From NCBI GenBank assembly GCA_002269645.1, contig NIVC01000826.1:1-64000 (forward strand): 64,000 nucleotides of DNA. Reading direction: 5' to 3'. The position numbers were made by a program, and so were the translations under genes. This DNA comes from Macrostomum lignano (taxonomy: Eukaryota). The notes under the pieces are model-generated. The model ran no database searches. It was not told where the DNA came from and was given only the letters and a program-made list of their open reading frames with translations. Within the stretch, counting starts at the first letter, position 1. Each line of letters begins with the position of its first letter. Below are positions 10,807-19,528 of this stretch, in pieces.

Positions 10807-12279
10807 TTACAATGGTGCGTCCCGAACAATCGTGCCATCAGCTTTAGCAATTGACATATATTCCTCTAGAAACAATACGTGGGCGTCAAGTGCCTGATTA
10901 CCGGTTTTATTAATCTCTAACATATAATTAAGTCCAATATTGGCTACGTTTTCTTTCTGTGCCGTTAGATCATAAACAACCACTGGATGAATGTTTAGAA
11001 ACTCTGTGGGTGTATACTGAGGGACGGCATATGCTTCATTTTTGGCATAATCTTGATAATATTTTATAAAATCATTAACATTATTATTTGCTATATTTAA
11101 ATTTAGGGGGTCTTTAACCGGATAATATTGATCATCAACCTGCAGGCGGATATTCTGAACATTAAACTCGTTAATTGCAGCAACTGCGTTGTCTGTTGCG
11201 GTAGCTGCTTGTGCTGCTATGTCACCCGATTGAAGCCAATATAAATCCCCATTTGCTCTTTTACTCCTTCTATTTGTTATCTTAAACCAAACAAAAATAT
11301 ATCTCACCCGACGTTTTGATGTCAGTATTTGCCACTGGAATGAATCCTGGTTATTATTAATGGTTCGCATAAAATGTCGACGATTCAAATAAAATATTTC
11401 CTGATCATGCGTTAACTGATTATCGATGTGTTTTAAAAGTGGGGCTGTTACCTCAATAGTTGGTACGACTAATTGAATTGAATCTATACGAACTGCTATA
11501 TCGGTTGAAATTGAGGTTCCATAAAGTATCCTAGGCTGATATCCACCAGATATTTGCAACTGTATCCCAAATTTTAATCCTTTCCATACCCGATTTGGTG
11601 AGAAAAACCCAAATAGTGGAAAGATTGAAAAGTCCTGCTCATATGCTGTTGCTGTGGTTAAAACCGCGACTGGGAATTTATTATGACGATCTATAAAACC
11701 AGTATTAATATCTTTTGTATTAGTCATAGTGGTTACAACTGGAACTATGTTTGTATTAAGGTAAACAATTAGCGCTGCAGTATCTGCACCGGCTGCGTTT
11801 TGTACATTAGGTAAAACTACTGCTTGCCCGTTACCTTTATCCGGCATCCACCCAACATTATCACCAACTTGTTTTGATAAATAAGTATAATTTAAATGTT
11901 TCAAAACTCCATTAATCTCTGCGGGGTTTGATGATGTCTCAACCTCAGCACCATTAACAGTTAGTTGAGCTTGGGAAAAACATTTATAAAACCAATCATT
12001 TTCTATTATTATTCCGGATCGATCTGCGATATCTCCGGCTGCAAGAGCAGTTCCATCATTTCTAGTATACAACCATCTAACGCGGAAAAACGCATTTTTC
12101 ATATCCAATATAGTGTTGGTTGCGCCGATGTCAAAAGTTACCGTTCCAGTAGTAAAGTTATTTGAATTATCACTTGTTGGTAGGGTATAATTTAAATCTT
12201 TTGCTCTGACCTCATTAATATACTGTCGGTGCTTTTTGAAATGAAATTTATCACTCCACATAGTTTTTGTTTCAGCCAT
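10807..12279 (-). CDS. Major capsid protein (double jelly roll)
   Basis: 490-aa intact beta-rich ORF (CFSQAQLTVNGAEVE; NIRLQVDDQYYP; VVYDLT) adjacent to the ATPase and penton. Confidence 0.85.
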   Translation of the reverse strand: MAETKTMWSDKFHFKKHRQYINEVRAKDLNYTLPTSDNSNNFTTGTVTFDIGATNTILDMKNAFFRVRWLYTRNDGTALAAGDIADRSGIIIENDWFYKCFSQAQLTVNGAEVETSSNPAEINGVLKHLNYTYLSKQVGDNVGWMPDKGNGQAVVLPNVQNAAGADTAALIVYLNTNIVPVVTTMTNTKDINTGFIDRHNKFPVAVLTTATAYEQDFSIFPLFGFFSPNRVWKGLKFGIQLQISGGYQPRILYGTSISTDIAVRIDSIQLVVPTIEVTAPLLKHIDNQLTHDQEIFYLNRRHFMRTINNNQDSFQWQILTSKRRVRYIFVWFKITNRRSKRANGDLYWLQSGDIAAQAATATDNAVAAINEFNVQNIRLQVDDQYYPVKDPLNLNIANNNVNDFIKYYQDYAKNEAYAVPQYTPTEFLNIHPVVVYDLTAQKENVANIGLNYMLEINKTGNQALDAHVLFLEEYMSIAKADGTIVRDAPL

Positions 12280-12313
12280 TTTTTTAAGTTAAAAAAGTTT
12301 TTTATGTTAAAAA

Positions 12314-12983
12314 ATGAGTCAATTTATGGACGTTGATGGAGAGTTAGCGATTTATAAAGAGAAGCAAAGATATTCTGATTTTGTTAGAAATTTACAAAAA
12401 AGAAAGTTAGGATACAATTAGCGGGTGAAAGATTTGCTGCTCCTTTTGTTAATCCTATTACTGGGAAAATAGTGAACTAGAAAAAACAGATAAAGATCTT
12501 CTGGAAAAAATTGCTAAAAATACGGAGCCAAAAGAGGATGAAATTTTGGATGAGCCGCCTGCTTATGATGTTGATCAAGCACAATTGAGAATTGCAGAGA
12601 TTAGACGTGCAGAGCGGGGCGATCGGGAACAATATCCAAGAGTACCAGCTAGTATTGCTGCGACAGATTTAGGTAATAATAATTATCGAATTGGTGGAGT
12701 TGATAAAAATCGAAATGAACTATATAGAGAATTGGGTGGAGCATATAATATTGTTATGAACCCTAGGGTAAAGTTTAACCCTGATTTATATACTAGGGAT
12801 GAATTAATAAGTGCTAGAATTTTTTATGATGAGTTAGGAGGAGCTGTTAAAAATACCAGCTTGTATAAAAGGATTGTTAATTCTATAAATAACAAACCAG
12901 CTGTTGGAGAAGGATTTAAAACACCGCGAAAACTTGTTTTAGCTGCTGCGAAAGCTGCTGGACATACTGGAATCGCCCCGTAG
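12314..12983 (+). CDS. Polinton hypothetical protein, probably starting at ATG 12314 with two frameshifts
   Basis: MSQFMDVDGELAIYKEKQR... from 12314 (TTAAAAAATG) links to ORF 12546-12983; C-terminal VGEGF resembles an adenain site. Confidence 0.5.
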
Positions 12984-13035
12984 GGTCGCGAACCAAAGGT
13001 TCGATTAATTAATTGTTAAATTTATTTTTTATAAA

Positions 13036-13638
13036 ATGGATGAAACAAAAATTTGTACTACGTGTAAAATTGAGAAACCGATGACTAAAGAATTTTTTTG
13101 TTGGAGAAATGACACAAAAAAATTTAAAAATCTTTGTCGATCTTGTGAGAAAGTTAAATGTACTATGTGGAGAATAAACAATAAAGATAAATGTAATAAA
13201 TATGCAAAAAATAAATATCGCACTGATGAAAATTTCAAAAATATTAGTCTAATTAGAGCTAAAATAACTTGGGCATTGAGAACTTTTCATGACAAACATT
13301 ATATCTCCTATCTTGGTTGCACAAAAGAATTCTTTTTTGATTGGTTAAATTTCACAAGAAATTATTATGTTCCAAAAAATTATACTGGAAAGTTAGATAT
13401 TGATCATTTCATTCCCGCTTCTTCATTTAATTACAAAGACGATGATCAGATTAAAAAGTCTGAAAATTGGAGAAATAAAAGATACTTAACTAGCGTAGAT
13501 AATAACTATAAAAAAGTTAAACAACCAACAATTGAAGAATTTGCGAAACAATTGGTGCTTTCATGTATTTTTAAGGCTATTAAAAATGAGCAACCGAACG
13601 AAGTTCGCGTTCCTTCGGAACGATCAAATAGTGTTTGA
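13036..13638 (+). CDS. Free-standing HNH endonuclease (giant-virus/EndoVII-like) with N-terminal CxxC-CxxC zinc finger
   Basis: CTTC...CRSC; YLGCTKE; LDIDHFIPASSF...NWRNKRYL...DNNYK (His, Asn, Asn HNH core). Confidence 0.82.
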   Translation: MDETKICTTCKIEKPMTKEFFCWRNDTKKFKNLCRSCEKVKCTMWRINNKDKCNKYAKNKYRTDENFKNISLIRAKITWALRTFHDKHYISYLGCTKEFFFDWLNFTRNYYVPKNYTGKLDIDHFIPASSFNYKDDDQIKKSENWRNKRYLTSVDNNYKKVKQPTIEEFAKQLVLSCIFKAIKNEQPNEVRVPSERSNSV

Positions 13639-15196
13639 AGGAGGATTGTTAGATGTTCAAAAAGGATTAACAAGCTTACCACCAATCTTTACTACTGGTA
13701 AATATACAGGGGAACTACACCTACCATCAATGAACTTCACAGGTTAACCCGTGGCCTGAGTGAGGAAGGCAATGTCCTTGCTAGTCACTATTTGTGGCGA
13801 CATCTCCAAATTGCGTGAAACCCGTCATACAGCTTCAAGTACCACTTCAAGTGAGAAATCTTTTGAAGGAACAGAGGTAACTCCTCTTCCCAAAGGTAAA
13901 AAGCTTGAAGACACGGTGGCAATGCGCAGCCAAGCTCCTAAGTATTTTAAATATAAGGAGAAGGTTCAGAGAGCAGACGGAGATGGGCGGTAATTATCGC
14001 CGCTTAAGGTGTGCTCCAGCCTCATTCGAAAGATTGAGGGTAAACAGCCGGGGACTCGCTTAGATTTGAGATTAAATCCTGATGACACCCCAAAATCTGA
14101 TTCAATTCCAATAAATGGGATTGATTGGTTAGCATACTATCACGACTTAGCATATAGAGATGCTGACAAGAACCCGCCCGAGGAAGCATTAAGATTAAAA
14201 CATGAAGCCGATCAAAAAATGATTCAAGGATTAGATAACTTACAAGGCTTATCGGTAGGTCAAAAATTAACTAGGTGGATGGTTAAAAAGATCTTGCAGT
14301 CTAAAGTTAAATTTGGTTTGGGAATTAATTATAATCAACATGGAAATAATTGTGTTGAGTGTTTACTATTAAGTGGCGGTGGGTTAAGTTCTGATGAGGC
14401 AAAGATTCTTCATAAAGAATATCGAAAACCTAAATTTTATAGAAAAATCATGAACTTCAAAAAGAATGAAATTTGGTATGCTGATTTAATGTCGATGCCG
14501 AACGAAAGAGGATATAAATATATCTTAACCATATTAGATGGTTTTACTCGATACGCGTGGGCTGTTCCTTTGAAATCCAAAAAAGGAGAGGATGTTGCTG
14601 CTGCTTTTAGAAGTCTTGGAGAAAAAAGCGAAAGATTGTGTGTTGACGAAGGAAAAGAATTTTACAATCCTCATATGTATAAATTATATCATTTTGAAAA
14701 AGGACAAGAAAGGAAAAAAGACGCGAATGGGGAGTATATTAATAAAATTTATTCTATTTATGGAGAGAGTAAAAACGCATTAATAGAAAGATTTAATAGA
14801 ACTTTAGGTAAGAAATTATGGTTTCAGTTTAGTCTTAATGGTAACCAAAAATGGGTAAAAATATTACCAGACGTAGTGAAAGATTATAACAATTCATATC
14901 ATTCAGCTATAAAGATGACTCCTCAACAAGCTTATAACAATCCTGAAAAAGTTAAAGTTACTTTTGGAAAATTTGAAAAAAATAAAAAGAAATCTTTTAA
15001 GGTTGGTGATTCTGTTTATATCTATAAATGGAAAGATAAGTTTGAAAAAGGAAGAAAAGGATATTGGAAGATAAGTGAGAAATTTACTATCAGTAAAGTT
15101 TTAAATACCAATCCTACAACCTATATAATTGCTGATAAGGACGGTGAAGAAATATTGGGTTCGTTTTATGAGAACCAACTAATATCAGCGAACTAA
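13586..15196 (+). CDS. PLA2-domain / retroviral-type (rve) integrase fusion; exons 13586-13744 and 14048-15196, split by a group I intron
   Basis: Spliced junction gives GELHLPSMNFTG|PGTRLD...PINGIDWLAYYHDLAY (parvovirus-type PLA2 Ca loop and HD). Integrase DDE: WYADL, CVDEGKEF, LIERFNRTL; C-terminal FKVGDSV...TYIIAD...GSFYENQL. Confidence 0.92.
13745..14047 (+). ncRNA. Group I self-splicing intron (IC1-like), 303 nt, no internal homing endonuclease
   Basis: 5' exon ends in U13744 and intron ends in G14047. P1 CAGGU/GCCUG (13740-44/13754-58) with U.G at the splice site; P3 CAUCUCC/GGAGAUG (13801-07/13979-85); P AAAUUGCGUGAAA; Q AAUGCGCAGC; R GUUCAGAGAGCA; S AAGGUGUGCUC; P7 GAGCA/UGCUC; P8 GGCGGU/AUCGCC; P9 CCUCA...GAAA...UGAGG. 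Confidence 0.92.
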
Positions 15197-15206
15197 GTTC
15201 GAACAA

Positions 15207-15431
15207 TTACTTAAGACAACATGGTAGTAAATTTTTTATTACAAACAAAAACAATATTATTACTATAATTGTTACTAATATTATTATTGACATTTGTTCA
15301 ACTGTTATCAAACTTAAATTTTCATTAAGTTCATTAATTGGAACATTTCCGATGTAGGAATAGTTTACCTTCATTTTTTTATATATATTTTTCACAATAA
15401 ATGTCGTTTCTGTTATAGAATAATAGTTCAT
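15207..15431 (-). CDS. Small single-pass membrane protein (74 aa)
   Basis: Hydrophobic IIILVTIIVIILFLFVI; TTAAAAAATG start. Confidence 0.55.
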   Translation of the reverse strand: MNYYSITETTFIVKNIYKKMKVNYSYIGNVPINELNENLSLITVEQMSIIILVTIIVIILFLFVIKNLLPCCLK

Positions 15432-15447
15432 TTTTTAAATATTTTTT

Positions 15448-15762
15448 TCACATAAAAATTTCACTTTCATTCTCTGAATCACTGGTTTCATATGAACTAT
15501 TTGTTGATTCGGAATCTGTTGATCTAACCTCCCAATCATCCGAATTTAAATAATCTCCAAGTTGAAATATTAACTCACCCTCTTGTTCTAAATCATACAT
15601 CTCATCTAGCTCTAATGGATAAAGTTTTAGGTCGTGCTTGTCGTCATATTTTAAATAAACTTCATCAATTATTCCATTCAAAATATGTTGTTTTATTATC
15701 TCTGCATTTTTAGCAACAGTCTCAAAAGTATCACTAACAGAAAAGGTGTAAACTCGGTTCAT
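15448..15762 (-). CDS. Acidic hypothetical protein (104 aa), last ORF before the terminus
   Basis: Intact ORF, TATAAAAAATG start. Confidence 0.6.
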   Translation of the reverse strand: MNRVYTFSVSDTFETVAKNAEIIKQHILNGIIDEVYLKYDDKHDLKLYPLELDEMYDLEQEGELIFQLGDYLNSDDWEVRSTDSESTNSSYETSDSENESEIFM

Positions 15763-15852
15763 TTTTTATAACAGAAAAAGACCCTTAGCGCCTGCGGCGC
15801 GTGCGACGGGTTCTAGAAAGTTTGTGTGTGTTGGAGAGAGTTGGAAGCGTTG

Positions 15853-16090
15853 ACGATACAAAATACCCAGCAAACCAAAGCGAACGACGAGAGCGTGTTC
15901 TCACCATTCAAAAAGAATTAATCGTTGTAAGTGTGAAATGGCCTGTTTGACCGAAATGAAGCGAGGATGAGCGAAGCGAGTTGAGCGAAGTGAAGACGAG
16001 CGAAAATGAAGGGAAACAGGCCATTTCACACTGATAAAGGGTTAAATTGTTTGCAATGGTGAGAATGGTTTGCTGGGTATTTTGTATCGT
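15853..16090. repeat. Subterminal nested inverted repeat (long hairpin) in the Polinton right end
   Basis: Perfect arms 15853-15877/16066-16090 (25 bp), 15898-15908/16055-16065 (11 bp) and 15930-15948/16014-16032 (19 bp); purine-rich loop with GAGCGAAG repeats. Confidence 0.9.
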
Positions 16091-16539
16091 ATATACTCAG
16101 TATCAAAAAAAACTTTTATGAATTTTCTTATATTAAATAATACATTAATTTAACTTTAACGATATAAAATGTTTCTTAAGCCTTATAATTTTTAGTAACA
16201 TAATATTAGTAATAAATAATTACTAAAGTTTATCTAGATTGATGTAAATTATAAAAATTTTACCTTATACTTATATTTTTTATATTAGTTATTAAAATAA
16301 ATACCAGAAATATACTTTTTTACACATATAGAAGTCTATTAATATCTTTAACTGTTGATCTTTTGGTAAGCTAATTTTTGTTTTATTGTTTTGTATATGA
16401 TAAGCTTAACTATTCTAGCAACAAGTTAGTTGACAAATATTTTTTGTTTGATTGTTAAACTTAGAACACTTAATGGTCAGTATTTTTCTAGTGTAATTTT
16501 CTTAACTTAAGTATTTCTACATTTTTCATGATTCTCAGT

Positions 16540-19528
16540 ATGAGTGAGTTGCAATGGGTTCTTGACACAGAATTTGCCCCAACTTTGCATGAAATTACCA
16601 TCTTAGTGGATGAATGCAACTCAATTATAACAAGTGCAACAGGAAAATTTATACTTGGTGGCAATGAGTAAGTCTTACTTTTAGCTATTCAAAAAAGCCT
16701 GAATAAGAACCAATGATTTCACATTTTCAACAATGCCTATTTGTGCAATTCAAACTTTAGCTTAAAGCTCAATGGACTCAAAGCAATGGTGACCATGAAC
16801 TCAGATGAAATCACTGAAGCTGTAAGTGTTATTGGTCATTGGAATTTGAGCATCAGGATAATGCATTCATAATGCAGTTTTGTCCTTTCAATCTATAGGA
16901 CATCAGTGTTGAGTGCCCCAACAAGCAGACCTACAGGACAGTCATTGCTGATGGCTGTAGCTACAGAATGCAGCAGGTAATCCTTATGCTAAATAAATGC
17001 CGTTTGCATGATATTCTTATTTTTTAAAAAAAGCAGAGCAGTTTGGCGCTAAATGCTTCCGACTCTCACGCCACAAACCCCTGGTTTGATTCGGTGTGCA
17101 GCCTGGCTGGAGTGTAACTGTACATCTCTGACGATTAGAACCCTGTGCAGGCGTGTGTATGAGTGCTGTGCATGCGTACAGTATTGCTGCGCTTGTACCT
17201 GCTCAGGTGTCAGCTGGAATGGGCAGAATTGACTCACCTTAATAGCCCCACAGCACTTCTGTGAATAGATTGATCGTTCATATTACTATCCAGGGGGTTG
17301 CAGCCTAGTGGGGGGGGGTTGTAGCCTAGTGGGGGTTGTAGCCTAGTGGGGACCGGGGTTGTAGCCTAGTGGGGGTTGTAGCCTAGTGGGGGTTGTAGCC
17401 TAGTGGGGGTTGTAGCCTAGTGGGGGACCGGGGTTGTAGCCTAGTGGGGGTTGTAGCCTAGTGGGGGTTGTAGCCTAGTGGGGGTTGTAGCCTAGTGAGG
17501 GGTTGTAGCCTAGTGGGGGTTGTAGCCAGTGGTTAAGAGCGTCGGACTCACGACTTGAAGGTCGTAGGTTCGATTCCCGATCCCGCTGGAACAATTTGTG
17601 TCCTTGAGCAAGGCACTTAACTCTGCATTGCTTCAGTTCAGCCAGCTGTAAAATGGGTGCCAGCATTAGCTGGGGTAATTGAGGGTGTGTGGCGACCCCC
17701 CAGTCCTTGGACTGAAAAGTCGTACAGCCTTCAGATGCGCCGCGCAATAGCTGCGCCTGCGGCTGAGCTGTCGGTTGCACATCTGGCCATTAGGGCAGGT
17801 GTAATCAGTTATTATTATTACTATACAAGGCTCTCAGCAAAGATTTCATCAAACTGGTTGGTTAGATCAACAAATCTTAAATGCATGACTCATGGTTTTC
17901 TAATGCACGTTACGCAAGCACCAGTGGCATTGCTTCTCCCTGTTAGTTAATATGATCAGCCATTGTTTAAACCCCAACCAATTATTTTAGCTGGTAAACT
18001 GCTGCAACGCTCTGCAGGCGGTTCGCCTGTCAGTTCAAGATGCCATTGAGTTTGGCTTTGCAAGTTCCGAGCCGAGGCCTACTATCGCGGTGAGTTCTGC
18101 TCTGCCTCTGTTCCAGTTTCGGCGTCAGTTCATGGTTTTAAACATCATATTTTCACTTTTTTGCCGCAGTCACTGGGTCGAATATTTGAGCTGCTCAAGC
18201 AGGCCAGGGATCATATTGTGCTGCCGCAGAAACGCACAGTTGAGGATCTGGTCCGCAGCACTACTAGGGTGAGTGTGATGTGTGCGTGAGTGTGTCTGTT
18301 TGTTGGAATTTTACAACTCTGAGTTCTGTAAATCAGAGTGTTTAGAATGAACTCAGTTAGCTTAGAAATCCAGTATGTTTTATATGCTGGATCTGATTGT
18401 TTAGAATGCCAGAGTGCTTGGAATCAGAGTGCTTAGAATCAGAGTGCTTAGAGTTAGAGGGCTTAGAATCAGAGTTCTTAGAATCAGAGTGCTTAGAATC
18501 AGAGTGCTTAGAACCAGAGTGCTTAGAGTTAGAGGGCTTAGAATCAGAGTTCTTAGAATCAGAGTGCTTAGAGTTAGAGGGCTTAGAATCAGAGTGCTTA
18601 GAATCAGAGTGCTTAGAATCAGAGTGCTTAGAGTTAGAGGGCTTAGAATCAGAGTTCTTAGAATCAGAGTGCTTAGAGTTAGAGGGCTTAGAATCAGAGT
18701 GCTTAGAATCAGAGTGCTTAGAATCAGAGTGCTTAGAGTTAGAGTGCTTAGAATCAGAGTGGTTAGAATCAGAGTGGTTAGAGTTAGAGGGCTTAGAATC
18801 AGAGTGCTTAGAGTTAGAGTGCTTAGAATCAGAGTGGTTAGAATCAGAGTGGTTAGAGTTAGAGTGCTTAGAATCAGAGTGCTTAGAATCAGAGTGCTTA
18901 GAGTTAGAGGGCTTAGAATCAGAGTGCTTAGAATCAGAGTGGTTAGAGTTAGAGGGTTTAGAATCAGAGTGCTTAGAGTTAGGGGGCTTAGAATCAGAGT
19001 GCTTAGAATCAGAGTGCTTAGAGTTAGAGGGCTTAGAATCAGAGTGCTTAGAGTTAGGGGGCTTAGAATCAGAGTGCTTAGAGTTAGGGGGCTTAGAATC
19101 AGAGTGCTTAGAAACAGAGTGCTTAGAATCAGAGTGGTTAGAATCAAAGTGGTTAGAGTTAGAGGGCTTAGAATCGAAATTCACAAGAGTTCAGAATCAG
19201 AGTGCCTCTATAAAAGTACCTACAGCTCAACTATGCTTAGCATCCTTCATCACACCCGGCACCCCAGGAGCTGTTCCAGCCTCAGTTGCCCAACGACATC
19301 TGCCTGTCGCTATACGTCAGCGGGCAGAAGCTGATCCTGGCGGTGTACTTCTTGCACCACAACCAGCTGGCAGCGCCTCACCCTCATGCGCACGAAATTG
19401 CCTACAGGCTGAACATCCAGGCTGTGGTCCCCTGGCTGGGCAAAGTTCTCCAGTGCCTGTCTATGGCCATGCTAAGGACTTCTCAGCTCATTGAGAAGCT
19501 CAACAGAATTTGCTACACATTGGGATGA
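16540..19528 (+). CDS. rogdi: Rogdi homologue (multi-exon)
   Basis: GT-AG exons 16540-16667, 16761-16821, 16899-16976, 17991-18089, 18170-18268, 19268-19528 give ELQWVLDTE...; YRMQQ; LLKQARDHIVLPQKRT; LFQPQLPNDICLSLYVSGQKLILAVY; VVPWLGKVL, collinear with the ROGDI sequence as recalled. The 5' end is uncertain (an AG precedes 16539). Confidence 0.8.
17293..17520 (+). repeat. 16-17-bp tandem repeat GGGGTTGTAGCCTAGT (amplified SINE 5' end)
   Basis: About a dozen copies running directly into the SINE head. Confidence 0.85.
17516..17720 (+). mobile_element. tRNA-derived CORE-type SINE in a rogdi intron
   Basis: A-box GTAGCCAGTGG, B-box GGTTCGATTCC (17567-77), then GTGTCCTTGAGCAAGGCACTTAAC...CAGCTGTAAAATGGG resembling the MIR/CORE domain. 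Confidence 0.75.
18401..19175. repeat. 15-bp intronic satellite (TTAGAATCAGAGTGC / TTAGAGTTAGAGGGC)
   Basis: About 50 near-identical units in the last rogdi intron. Confidence 0.95.

Larger units (their letters stand above)
1..16097. mobile_element. Polinton/Maverick (adintovirus-like) endogenous DNA virus, right-hand part; left end lies outside the window
   Basis: Co-located pPolB, rve integrase, packaging ATPase, adenain-like protease, major and minor capsid ORFs in intron-poor AT-rich DNA. Putative right terminus ...GTATCGTATATACT at 16097 (Polintons end in CT), followed by CAGTAT (possible 6-bp TSD; cannot be verified without the left end). Confidence 0.95.

Noticed and set aside
13036-13638. 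HNH as an intron-encoded ORF
   Set aside because: It lies wholly upstream of the 5' exon and outside the intron, so it is free-standing.
13760-13993. 77-aa ORF inside the intron
   Set aside because: No nuclease motif; it overlaps conserved ribozyme helices and is probably incidental.
13743-14047. Spliceosomal GT-AG reading of the PLA2 insertion (AG|GTTAAC...AAACAG|)
   Set aside because: Removing 305 nt shifts the frame and destroys the TGPG motif. Only the group I boundaries (13745-14047) restore the frame, and the group I core helices are all present.
14009-14047. GTG start of the 395-aa ORF given in the ORF track
   Set aside because: These 13 codons are the intron's S/P9 region. The real N-terminus is exon 1 from ATG 13586.
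17516-17590. tRNA gene (also 43150-43215)
   Set aside because: A/B boxes are present but there is no proper acceptor stem; the 17516 copy continues into a CORE SINE body.
18357-19494. Long low-complexity ORFs (SKHSD / ECLES / LRIRV repeats)
   Set aside because: Translations of a stop-free 15-bp satellite inside a rogdi intron.
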